This document shows positions 7,851 to 15,336 of a DNA stretch of 28,647 nucleotides, piece after piece. The notes beneath the pieces were generated by a model. The model did not search any database and was not told where the DNA came from. It worked only from the letters and a program-made list of their open reading frames with translations. How positions within the stretch are numbered: position 1 is the stretch's first letter; every line of letters begins with the position of its first letter. This DNA is from a virus (lineage: Duplodnaviria > Caudoviricetes): positions 1 to 28,647 of IMG/VR virus record IMGVR_UViG_3300032277_000060, one strand, 5' to 3'. A program made the position numbers and the translations under genes.

Positions 7851-8274
7851 TGTCAAAAAGGTTTAAAACTTGTTTTGATGTTATATCATCATTTGGATTT
7901 CTTCCTTCTTGTTTTAAAGCCCATTTAAGACCAGCATTCCAAGAATTTAAAAGTTCTTCAGAAGAATCAAATACAATCTTGTTTCTTTCACATGCTTTAA
8001 ATGTAAATTCTAAACTTGATAAAAGATTTTTAATCACATTACTTTGTCTTGATTCTGTTGTAAGCATTGATCCAACTGTTTCAAATAAAACCTTTGATCC
8101 AGTTAATAGTCCAACCATTGCTTCTCTTTTAAAGCTTCTACTTACTCTTTGCCTTGAACCAACTCTTTCTTGCGCAAGTGTTACAATTTTTAAAATATCT
8201 TCATTTAGATATGTTACTGTAAGCTGTGATAATTGTGATACTTTTTCGTGTATCTCTGTGTTGAAATTTGTCAT
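7843..8274 (-). CDS. Hypothetical protein, 143 aa
   Basis: ORF preceded by leader ACTAAAACAG-ATG. Confidence 0.75.
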   Translation of the reverse strand: MTNFNTEIHEKVSQLSQLTVTYLNEDILKIVTLAQERVGSRQRVSRSFKREAMVGLLTGSKVLFETVGSMLTTESRQSNVIKNLLSSLEFTFKACERNKIVFDSSEELLNSWNAGLKWALKQEGRNPNDDITSKQVLNLFDNE

Positions 8275-8284
8275 CTGTTTTAGT

Positions 8285-8536
8285 TTATTTAATGTTTAAT
8301 GCTTTGACTAATGCTGATCCAATAATGCCTTGAGAAGCTGACAGCTCAATCATGACATCATTCATCTCTTGTGCCATCTTAATTGATGACTTCTTTTGAT
8401 TTGCCTCAGCTCTATCTGTTAGCTTGGTAGCTATTTTAGAAAGCTCTCCAGTTTGTGAAGTCATTTCAGTTAGTGTTCTAACCATATTTGAAGCAGTTTG
8501 TTGGAGTTGCTTCAGCTCACTTTTCTTGATTCCCAT
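8285..8536 (-). CDS. Hypothetical helical protein, 83 aa
   Basis: Tightly packed ORF. Confidence 0.7.
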   Translation of the reverse strand: MGIKKSELKQLQQTASNMVRTLTEMTSQTGELSKIATKLTDRAEANQKKSSIKMAQEMNDVMIELSASQGIIGSALVKALNIK

Positions 8537-8539
8537 GTT

Positions 8540-8806
8540 TTATGTTTTAGGGGTGATTAAATTTTTATCTTTCCAGTATTCAAATTCTTGCTGTACTTTA
8601 ATAGAGTAAATTGCTTGTCTGAGAGCATCAACTTCATCATTGTACCTTGCCATTCTTTCCTCATTCGCTTCAATCCACATCTTAGTATTGGAATCCTTGA
8701 TGCATTCTTTCTTGGCATCTTCTAACCTCTTGCCATTGTACTCAATAGAGTATTCTGTTTGCTCTAAGATCCTTGTGAGTATTCTGGTTGTTTCAATTAA
8801 ATCCAT
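8540..8806 (-). CDS. Hypothetical coiled-coil protein, 88 aa
   Basis: ORF with leader CTAAACAGATACAAAA-ATG. Confidence 0.75.
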   Translation of the reverse strand: MDLIETTRILTRILEQTEYSIEYNGKRLEDAKKECIKDSNTKMWIEANEERMARYNDEVDALRQAIYSIKVQQEFEYWKDKNLITPKT

Positions 8807-8826
8807 TTTTGTATCTGTTTAGGTTG

Positions 8827-8834
8827 CTAATATA
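8827..8834 (-). promoter_or_regulatory. Variant -7 promoter box TATATTAG
   Basis: One mismatch to TAnnTTTG; intergenic, 20 nt upstream of the ATG at 8806. Confidence 0.45.
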
Positions 8835-8838
8835 CATA

Positions 8839-9498
8839 CTATATTATTGATTGTAATCTTTTTTTTGTAATATCAACCGCAATTTCTGAAATATCACACC
8901 CAAAATAATTTTTATTAAGTTTTTTTGCCACAGCTAATGTTGTTCCACTTCCACAAAATGGATCGAAAATAACATCATTTTCTGTTGCAGCAATATTGAT
9001 AATATTTTCAAGTACTTTTTCTGGGATTTGATTTGAATATTGTTCTTTTTCTTTACTCACATTTTTCACAAGATTAATATTCCACCAGTCATACAATTTT
9101 GCTCCCTTGCTTCCATTCTCCATCAATTTTTGCACTCGTTTATCATTTGGATTTTTATATGGTTGATATGCTTTCTTGAAATCTGGTTTACAATTGAAGA
9201 ATGCAATGCTTCTGTGCTGTTTTCCCATGTTGCTATTGTACACCCATTGCACCACCTTATCTGGAACACCCATATGAGGAACAATGTACTTGATAATATC
9301 CTCTATGTAATGAATAACAACAAATTTGAATCCTTTGAAGTGTGCAAACATCTCAAGATAATCTGCTTTACTTATTTTGTCGTTGTAGCTGTCATATTTC
9401 CATCCAACATTGTAAGGTGGATCTGTGATAATAAGAGTGGTTTCTTTATCAAAATTATTTATGACCTTTCTAAAATCTATATTTTGAACGTTTTTCAT
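8839..9498 (-). CDS. DNA N6-adenine/N4-cytosine methyltransferase, beta class
   Basis: Catalytic TDPPY precedes the SAM-binding FDPFCGSGTT. Confidence 0.93.
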   Translation of the reverse strand: MKNVQNIDFRKVINNFDKETTLIITDPPYNVGWKYDSYNDKISKADYLEMFAHFKGFKFVVIHYIEDIIKYIVPHMGVPDKVVQWVYNSNMGKQHRSIAFFNCKPDFKKAYQPYKNPNDKRVQKLMENGSKGAKLYDWWNINLVKNVSKEKEQYSNQIPEKVLENIINIAATENDVIFDPFCGSGTTLAVAKKLNKNYFGCDISEIAVDITKKRLQSII

Positions 9499-9629
9499 TG
9501 TATTCCGTAATAATTTTTTTCTTGCTCAGACATCTCTGAAAGTTCACCGATTAATTGAGTGCAATTTCCACATTCATCTATACTGTGTAAATAAACACAA
9601 TTGCCTATTATCTGGATTGATTCATTCAT
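9495..9629 (-). CDS. 44-aa hypothetical protein (absent from the ORF track)
   Basis: MNESIQIIGNCVYLHSIDECGNCTQLIGELSEMSEQEKNYYGIQ; ATGA overlaps at both ends. Confidence 0.7.
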   Translation of the reverse strand: MNESIQIIGNCVYLHSIDECGNCTQLIGELSEMSEQEKNYYGIQ

Positions 9630-9838
9630 GATGCTTGATGATGTGATATTGCATTGAGTGTATCCATCATGCCAGATAGATATGCTTTTGATTCGTTGAG
9701 TTTGTTTTGATAGAACTCAAAGCTAAATTTTCCAGCTCCTTCTTCTTCTGCTTCAATCATTCGATTACGATAATACACAACCTCCTTTTCAGCTTCTTGC
9801 CTCATGTACTTCATTTTTTCTTCTAACGTGCTTTTCAT
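9626..9838 (-). CDS. Hypothetical protein, 70 aa
   Basis: ORF with A-rich leader. Confidence 0.75.
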   Translation of the reverse strand: MKSTLEEKMKYMRQEAEKEVVYYRNRMIEAEEEGAGKFSFEFYQNKLNESKAYLSGMMDTLNAISHHQAS

Positions 9839-9854
9839 TTTGATTTGATTTTAT

Positions 9855-9982
9855 TGGTAGCAGCATGAGAATCGAACTCATATTTTGTTTCACTTGCGGA
9901 CCTTTTCTATTCCATCCGCTGTTCTCACTTAGTGACCTTATTCAGGTGGAGTTTATCGCTTACACAATCACCATGACTGCTA
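9855..9982 (-). ncRNA. tRNA-like structured RNA, 128 nt
   Basis: 5' UAGCAGU pairs with 3' GCUGCUA, followed by CCA; canonical T-arm AUGAG-UUCGAUU-CUCAU; no canonical D or anticodon arm. Confidence 0.7.
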
Positions 9983-9986
9983 TTTT

Positions 9987-10118
9987 TTATTTTGATTTGG
10001 TTTTATAGGTTTCAGTTAAAAATTGAAAAAATGTGATTTCATTATTTTTTACCAGTTTGTTATATTCTTGCAATTGTTCTTCGTATTGCTCTGGAGTTAA
10101 TAAATCTCTAATATTCAT
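9987..10118 (-). CDS. 43-aa hypothetical protein (absent from the ORF track)
   Basis: MNIRDLLTPEQYEEQLQEYNKLVKNNEITFFQFLTETYKTKSK. Confidence 0.6.
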   Translation of the reverse strand: MNIRDLLTPEQYEEQLQEYNKLVKNNEITFFQFLTETYKTKSK

Positions 10119-10123
10119 AGTTG

Positions 10124-10150
10124 AAATATAAAGGGGGAATCTCACCCCCT
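10124..10150 (-). terminator. Intrinsic terminator/attenuator hairpin
   Basis: AGGGGG-TGAGATT-CCCCCT followed by TTATATTT, just after the stop at 10158. Confidence 0.6.
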
Positions 10151-10157
10151 ATTTATT

Positions 10158-10472
10158 TTATAGTTTTACTAAGTCAATTGTTTCATCTAACAACTCTTGA
10201 TTATCATCAAAACAATCAGCTAAATAAATATAGTTAAAACCATTATCTTCATAATCTTCCGATAATAAAACTCCTTTTTTACATAAGCTTCCAACTACAC
10301 CTTTTATAGTTTCAGGCATGTGAAGTTCCCCTTCATTGTCAAATATTAAAAACGTTATGTGATTTATTTTTTGACATCCATCAGGTACAAAATAAACATC
10401 TTGAATTGGTAGAAAAGACCTTAATAATTGCTTTTCTAATTTTGTAAAAATTGTGTTTTTAAAGTTTTTCAT
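10158..10472 (-). CDS. First early gene, hypothetical (about 104 aa)
   Basis: The track start at 10511 overlaps the promoter; ATG 10472 follows an A-rich leader. Confidence 0.7.
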   Translation of the reverse strand: MKNFKNTIFTKLEKQLLRSFLPIQDVYFVPDGCQKINHITFLIFDNEGELHMPETIKGVVGSLCKKGVLLSEDYEDNGFNYIYLADCFDDNQELLDETIDLVKL

Positions 10473-10500
10473 TTTGTTGTTATTTGCGTTATTCATACTC

Positions 10501-10530
10501 CAAAGATACAACTAACTTTTAATAAAACAA
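10501..10530 (-). promoter_or_regulatory. Bacteroidota-type early promoter
   Basis: TTG - 19 nt - TATCTTTG, matching the -33/-7 consensus and spacing. Confidence 0.75.
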
Positions 10531-10594
10531 CACTTTTATTACATTTTATTTAATCTTTCTTTTATTTCTTAGTGTTTACTGGAGAATACAGAGC

Positions 10595-10621
10595 AAAAAA
10601 AAACCCACATTTAGTGAGTTT
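10595..10621 (-). terminator. Intrinsic terminator ending the late transcript
   Basis: ACTCAC-TAAAT-GTGGGT followed by a T8 tract. Confidence 0.75.
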
Positions 10622-10634
10622 CATCATTTATACG

Positions 10635-10642
10635 TATATTTG
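10635..10642 (+). promoter_or_regulatory. Plus-strand -7 promoter box TATATTTG
   Basis: Consensus TAnnTTTG pointing into a non-coding structured region. Confidence 0.5.
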
Positions 10643-10647
10643 ACCAG

Positions 10648-10742
10648 ATTTCAAAGTGTTCCATTGTGCTTTGTTATCTGTTTAGTTGGAGAGCTGCATC
10701 AAAATGAGACGTGAACACCTTATTTTCTGTGGCTCTCTTTCT
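10648..10742 (+). ncRNA. Candidate antisense small RNA (about 95 nt)
   Basis: Upstream promoter box; long hairpin 10689-10737 whose three G-U pairs work only on the plus strand; followed by UUUCU. Confidence 0.45.
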
Positions 10743-10743
10743 A

Positions 10744-11442
10744 TTATATAGGCATCATGACATTATATGCTGTGTGACCTCCAATAACGATTCCACAAGC
10801 TAATTGTTGGAATTTGTATGCCTTAGCATATGACATTCCTATATTATCACGATCAACTCCACATCCAACTTGCATGGCCATTACTCTTTTCTGTCCAGAA
10901 AACCATTGCACATAACATTGAGTGTGAATATGGCCTTGAACAGTGCTCATCATGTCATTCTTTGCCTTTGTTGATGCTGTTCCACCTTCACCATGTATGT
11001 ATTGCACTTCATCGTACACAATGCGCTCTGTCCAGTTCCAATTTGTTCCAAGTACTTCATTGTATGATTTTAGCCATTGTTTAGGTACTCCAGCTTTGAA
11101 TAGCTTTCTGGATATAATTCGGTCATGATTTCCAATGATTACATCTGCAACTGGAAATGCATCTCTCCATTTGTGTATTTCTGCAATAGCATATTCAAGC
11201 TCATCTTTACCTCCAGCAAGATCTGGATTGGAATCATGAAACGAAGCATATTGGTGATCGGCTAAATCACCTATGAAGATAACTTGATTACAATTATGCT
11301 CTGCATAGACCTTCTGGCAAAATTCTAAATATCCTTTTTTTGTATATGGTGCATGTACGTCACCTATCACCAAGATTCTTCTCTCAGCCTTTGTAAGCCG
11401 TTTGTAGGCCTTTAAAATATTTCCTGATAGTCTTGGTCTCAT
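10744..11442 (-). CDS. Calcineurin-like metallophosphoesterase
   Basis: GDVH, GDLAD, GNHD, IHG and GHIH motifs. Confidence 0.93.
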   Translation of the reverse strand: MRPRLSGNILKAYKRLTKAERRILVIGDVHAPYTKKGYLEFCQKVYAEHNCNQVIFIGDLADHQYASFHDSNPDLAGGKDELEYAIAEIHKWRDAFPVADVIIGNHDRIISRKLFKAGVPKQWLKSYNEVLGTNWNWTERIVYDEVQYIHGEGGTASTKAKNDMMSTVQGHIHTQCYVQWFSGQKRVMAMQVGCGVDRDNIGMSYAKAYKFQQLACGIVIGGHTAYNVMMPI

Positions 11443-11531
11443 TTAGGAATATAAGTGTACAGAACAGCTGTATTGAATCCTTCGTGATATGTCTGACTTG
11501 AATACCAGCTGTATTTCTTAGTTGTATTCAT
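11439..11531 (-). CDS. 30-aa microprotein (absent from the ORF track)
   Basis: MNTTKKYSWYSSQTYHEGFNTAVLYTYIPK; fills the gap and has an ATGA overlap with the phosphoesterase. Confidence 0.45.
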   Translation of the reverse strand: MNTTKKYSWYSSQTYHEGFNTAVLYTYIPK

Positions 11532-11739
11532 ATAGTGATAATATTAATGGCAACACTCCAACAAAGCACATCACAACACCTTGCCATGATATACCATGTA
11601 TTAAGACATCATTACACGCTGTCAGCACTATAATTCCACCAATGGAACGTTTCGCGCTCCATCTCCTTAAATTGCCCTTAGTTTTGAAGATCTCAGTAAT
11701 ATCAAGATTCCCTAATATCTGTGTGAGAATTTGCTTCAC
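11518..11739 (-). CDS. Small two-TM membrane protein, holin-like
   Basis: WSAKRSIGG followed by two hydrophobic segments; GTGA coupling. Confidence 0.6.
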   Translation of the reverse strand: MKQILTQILGNLDITEIFKTKGNLRRWSAKRSIGGIIVLTACNDVLIHGISWQGVVMCFVGVLPLILSLYEYN

Positions 11740-11897
11740 TTCTTCTTTCTACGATCTCCAGTGATAGCTGTTATGAGAATGTCCAGATATCCAAATATTT
11801 GATTGTCTGTTTTTGTAGGTGTGAGATTCACAACCACTTTCAAAAATGCCATAAAAGACAATAGCAAAATTGCCCAATTTTCAATAATAAATTCCAT
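11736..11897 (-). CDS. 53-aa holin-like membrane protein (absent from the ORF track)
   Basis: MEFIIENWAILLLSFMAFLKVVVNLTPTKTDNQIFGYLDILITAITGDRRKKK: TM helix, LTPTxxD motif, basic tail. Confidence 0.75.
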   Translation of the reverse strand: MEFIIENWAILLLSFMAFLKVVVNLTPTKTDNQIFGYLDILITAITGDRRKKK

Positions 11898-11910
11898 AAT
11901 ATATATATTT

Positions 11911-12111
11911 TTATTTGATTCCTTTCTCTGCTAATAAAATCTTAATCTCTTGCATACCCACACACAATTCTTTGAGTAGTGCTTTGACCTCTCCTTCTTG
12001 CTTTTCAAGTGAGAATATTCTTGCTTTGATTTTTGTGACATCATTTGTCATTCTAATCCACGTTCCAAGTATTCCAATAAAACAAGATGCTGCAACTGCT
12101 ATTATTTCCAT
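11911..12111 (-). CDS. Single-TM plus coiled-coil protein (holin/antiholin-like)
   Basis: N-terminal hydrophobic helix followed by heptad repeats. Confidence 0.65.
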   Translation of the reverse strand: MEIIAVAASCFIGILGTWIRMTNDVTKIKARIFSLEKQEGEVKALLKELCVGMQEIKILLAEKGIK

Positions 12112-12275
12112 TATTTCTTTTTAGGTTCTAATGCTACAATCCTTGCATCAAGTTCGTTGAGCTTTATAATGATTTTTCCAAGTACATCAGACAACATTTC
12201 TTCTGTTGTAATTTGGTCTTGTTCTTCAATAGACGTAAATTCTACAAACTCTTGTGGTTTCTCCCAATCTTTCAT
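12111..12275 (-). CDS. 54-aa coiled-coil protein, possible fibre chaperone (absent from the ORF track)
   Basis: MKDWEKPQEFVEFTSIEEQDQITTEEMLSDVLGKIIIKLNELDARIVALEPKKK; TAATG overlaps at both ends. Confidence 0.75.
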   Translation of the reverse strand: MKDWEKPQEFVEFTSIEEQDQITTEEMLSDVLGKIIIKLNELDARIVALEPKKK

Positions 12276-12832
12276 TATATTTTCTTTAATAATACTGTTA
12301 AACTTAGTCCCAAAAGATTAGATGTACTATCAACAGTTACTCCCATTCTATCTCCAGCTGCAAAGTTATAAGTAGCTGTGTCAAAAGTAGAGGTGTAAAC
12401 AACACCAATATCATGTGCTGCTTGAGTTACTGTGCCAAGAGGAGTTGATGAACTTACAAGTTGATTGTATGAAGTTGGTTTATGTATGCTTATGTCTGTA
12501 CTTCCACCTGAACCTTGACTTTGTGTAATTACATTTACAACCCTACAATCAATCGGAATTAATACAGTTGTAATATAATTAAAAACATTTGAATCAGTAG
12601 TGGACATTCCAAAACTTACTGCCATTTCACTTGTAGTTGAAACATACCCACCCCCATTAAAGATGAAATGGTCATCACCTCCAGCAATACCACTCAATAA
12701 ATTGGCTTTTGTAATCTGCTTATTTGTGCCATCTGGTGACATCGCAGTGTCAGCCACATCGACAATCATCACAAGATCCAGATCCGCTGCACTTGTCGCT
12801 GTTGCCAGTTGTGTTACTTTTTTTGTTGCCAT
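12275..12832 (-). CDS. Short fibre/spike protein
   Basis: N-terminal KVTQL...D..MIVD...TNKQITKANL anchor-type motif, a GGDD linker and a beta-rich head. Confidence 0.6.
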   Translation of the reverse strand: MATKKVTQLATATSAADLDLVMIVDVADTAMSPDGTNKQITKANLLSGIAGGDDHFIFNGGGYVSTTSEMAVSFGMSTTDSNVFNYITTVLIPIDCRVVNVITQSQGSGGSTDISIHKPTSYNQLVSSSTPLGTVTQAAHDIGVVYTSTFDTATYNFAAGDRMGVTVDSTSNLLGLSLTVLLKKI

Positions 12833-12893
12833 GTTTCTTAATGTATTTCTTTAATTTTTTGATATTAGCTCTGGTGCGCTTGTTCAGTTTCAT
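12750..12893 (-). CDS. Possible 47-aa basic peptide
   Basis: MKLNKRTRANIKKLKKYIKKHG...; ATGA coupled to the adaptor stop; the 3' half overlaps the fibre gene. Confidence 0.4.
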   Translation of the reverse strand: MKLNKRTRANIKKLKKYIKKHGNKKSNTTGNSDKCSGSGSCDDCRCG

Positions 12894-13471
12894 ACTCTTG
12901 GCCCAGTAATTAATCTCAATAATGCTTCTGCTTCTGATTTGTTGTAAGATCTCTCCACATTTAATCCTTGAGTGTAGTTTGCTGAAGATGGTGCAACATC
13001 TGGAAATGTATTGCTTGTATATTCTGGATATGTTGAGGAATTTGCACATAGATAATCAATTAATCTTTCTTTGTACCATGATGCAATATCTCTTGCAGTT
13101 GATATGAGAGGTTTTATATCATCATATGACACAGATCCACCTTGTTCAGAGTTCATTGCCACAACAGCATTATTTACAAATCTCACTCTCAACACTGGTA
13201 TCACCTCCATGAAGCTAAATTGCACCAAACATGGAATAATATATGTGTTCAATAATGTGGCATAAATTTCATTCCCTCCATCGTCAATTGTTCCAGCTGA
13301 AATCAGTGATTTTATCTTGTTATAAAGATCTGTTCCCAGCACTGGCAAAATCCATTTTTCTTGAGCTTGTAAAATAGCTGGAAATAACACATTTGGATCA
13401 ACCGATCCACCCAGTGATGTATCTCTCTTAACTCTCGATGGAGAGACTAAGACAATTGTTGTACTTGCCAT
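12890..13471 (-). CDS. Putative head-tail adaptor
   Basis: Directly follows the portal; helical protein with AQEKWILPVLGTDLY and LIDYLC motifs. Confidence 0.65.
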   Translation of the reverse strand: MASTTIVLVSPSRVKRDTSLGGSVDPNVLFPAILQAQEKWILPVLGTDLYNKIKSLISAGTIDDGGNEIYATLLNTYIIPCLVQFSFMEVIPVLRVRFVNNAVVAMNSEQGGSVSYDDIKPLISTARDIASWYKERLIDYLCANSSTYPEYTSNTFPDVAPSSANYTQGLNVERSYNKSEAEALLRLITGPRV

Positions 13472-13473
13472 GA

Positions 13474-15336
13474 TTAATTATCTTCTTTTGGTTTCACGTA
13501 ATTCACTGGAGTTTTAATATTCTGAGCTGCTTTATTAGATGGTAAAAATCCTCTATTATCCATATCTCTTGGCCTCTCTGCTACCTTTGGATCATTCTTT
13601 TTTGGTGTGACTGCTTTTCTTTCATCTGGATCAAGCGCATTTATTATGGCTTGTCTTTGTTTTGCAGTGATTCTGCTATCATCTTTCTTCAGGAAAGTAA
13701 ATCTGCTCCAATAATGAGCACATGATCCACCGCCTTTGTACATATTGTATTTATCTGATTTACAGCTATTTAACCATATGTCGTATTTAGATGCTCCTTT
13801 TGGCCCCCATCCTTTATTGACTGCTGTTCTACCAGCTTTGTAGATATTTTCCTTAGTATAAAACTTTGCAGCTCCAACCATTTTGACACAAAAATCTCTG
13901 CTTTTGTATTTCATCTGGTTTATCTTCAATGGAGCATATTGATACCTAATTTTAAAGAGTGGATTGTCTTGCTCTTTTGATTGATCACTTGGATTTGGAA
14001 TTACTGAAGCTAAATTCACTCCATTTATCATTCCATCAAGTCTATCTTCATCATCATAATCCACTTCACGCTCATCTATCACTTCATATCCTTCTGGAGC
14101 ATCCTCACCAAGTGCAATGAGAGCTTCAGCAGTCGCTTCTAATTTATCAGCTGATACAGACTTCATTTCTTCTTTTGTTGGCTCTACAACCTCCGTAGTG
14201 TCATCTTCAATATTTATGAAGTTAGCTGGTTTAGATGGAATAAAAAATAAATCAAGATTGATTGCATTTGCAACAAAAACTTCTTCCAATCCCTTCAGCA
14301 AAATATCTTGAAATTCCTCTACAACTGTATTATGGAATAGACTGTATGAATCATTTAATTCATCAGCATTAGAACCCCAAGAATTTCCACCACCTCTGAC
14401 TCCAAATAGCAGTGGTGATGTCACTCTATGACCTGAGAGCACTTTGTTAGTTATCTCAGTGCTTAGGTAGGTGTACATATCATCAGATCCATTGCTTGAA
14501 ATTGGTTCAATCTTTGGAGCTGTATCTGGCCCATCATTAAACGTAATTAATAGCTTTCCAGCATTGTTACTACCTGAGAATTTCTCATATACTTTGCGTT
14601 CTATATCTGCTCTCTCTTGATCTGTTGGAATACCATTAGAAAAACTCAACATCATGCTGGGCATTAGAGAATTTTTAATGTTGTTGAGATGGAAACTTTG
14701 AACCTCGTGATCCAGTTCTATATATCCAGTTGAACCAACGTAATCTGGCAACCCATAATAATGAAAAGATGGAGCATATCTCTTTATCTGTAAAACTGTG
14801 GATGCTGTTGTTCTGTCCTCACTTGAAAAAGACTTCAATACATTTGGTTTTACTCTATCATTTGACCTTGCCCAAGAATTTTTGTAATACCACTCATGTA
14901 TCTTTCCTTCACTGTCTGCAACACCAGCTCTTAACGTATGCACTGGCAAGTGTTTCATCTGAGCAACTGAAGTTCTTGCTTTATTCCAGATTGTATTCAC
15001 ATAACACTGGCCATAAAGTTTGAGATCAATAGCTAATTTCTTGAGCAAATCATCATCACTGCTATTCAATAGAGATTGAAGTCTCAACCACTGCTCTTTA
15101 TTACCATCTGAATCATCTCTTTCAACCGCATCCAATCCTTTGCCGTATATCATAGCTCCAACACCATTCACAATTGCTGAATGTATTGAAGATCCAAGAT
15201 ACAAGCTCTCAAGATAATCACCATAGCAATCATCAGAGCCATATGATATCCAATTCTTTCCTTGTACTTCTTCAAATTGTGGAACGTCATGCACTGGCAT
15301 TCCCATTACTGAGAACTCGCTTTTATTATTCTTCAT
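13474..15336 (-). CDS. Portal protein with a C-terminal MuF-like extension
   Basis: Portal-like ~370 aa (WISYG, HSAIVNG, DLKLYGQCY, FSGSNNAG, HRVTSPLLFG), an acidic linker, then SRDFC...KGGGSCAHYW. Confidence 0.88.
   Translation of the reverse strand: MKNNKSEFSVMGMPVHDVPQFEEVQGKNWISYGSDDCYGDYLESLYLGSSIHSAIVNGVGAMIYGKGLDAVERDDSDGNKEQWLRLQSLLNSSDDDLLKKLAIDLKLYGQCYVNTIWNKARTSVAQMKHLPVHTLRAGVADSEGKIHEWYYKNSWARSNDRVKPNVLKSFSSEDRTTASTVLQIKRYAPSFHYYGLPDYVGSTGYIELDHEVQSFHLNNIKNSLMPSMMLSFSNGIPTDQERADIERKVYEKFSGSNNAGKLLITFNDGPDTAPKIEPISSNGSDDMYTYLSTEITNKVLSGHRVTSPLLFGVRGGGNSWGSNADELNDSYSLFHNTVVEEFQDILLKGLEEVFVANAINLDLFFIPSKPANFINIEDDTTEVVEPTKEEMKSVSADKLEATAEALIALGEDAPEGYEVIDEREVDYDDEDRLDGMINGVNLASVIPNPSDQSKEQDNPLFKIRYQYAPLKINQMKYKSRDFCVKMVGAAKFYTKENIYKAGRTAVNKGWGPKGASKYDIWLNSCKSDKYNMYKGGGSCAHYWSRFTFLKKDDSRITAKQRQAIINALDPDERKAVTPKKNDPKVAERPRDMDNRGFLPSNKAAQNIKTPVNYVKPKEDN

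Noticed and set aside
9885-9950. Hammerhead ribozyme (CUGA...GAAA-like words) in the tRNA-like RNA
   Set aside because: The core reads CUGAAUA rather than CUGANGA, and the stems are not arranged as required.
9855-9982. Canonical tRNA, tmRNA or attP site
   Set aside because: No assignable anticodon arm, far too short for tmRNA, and no integrase seen in the genome.
11464-11517. Repeated CAGCTGTATT with partial palindromes as an operator
   Set aside because: Only two short copies inside a probable micro-ORF, and CAGCTG is common throughout this genome.
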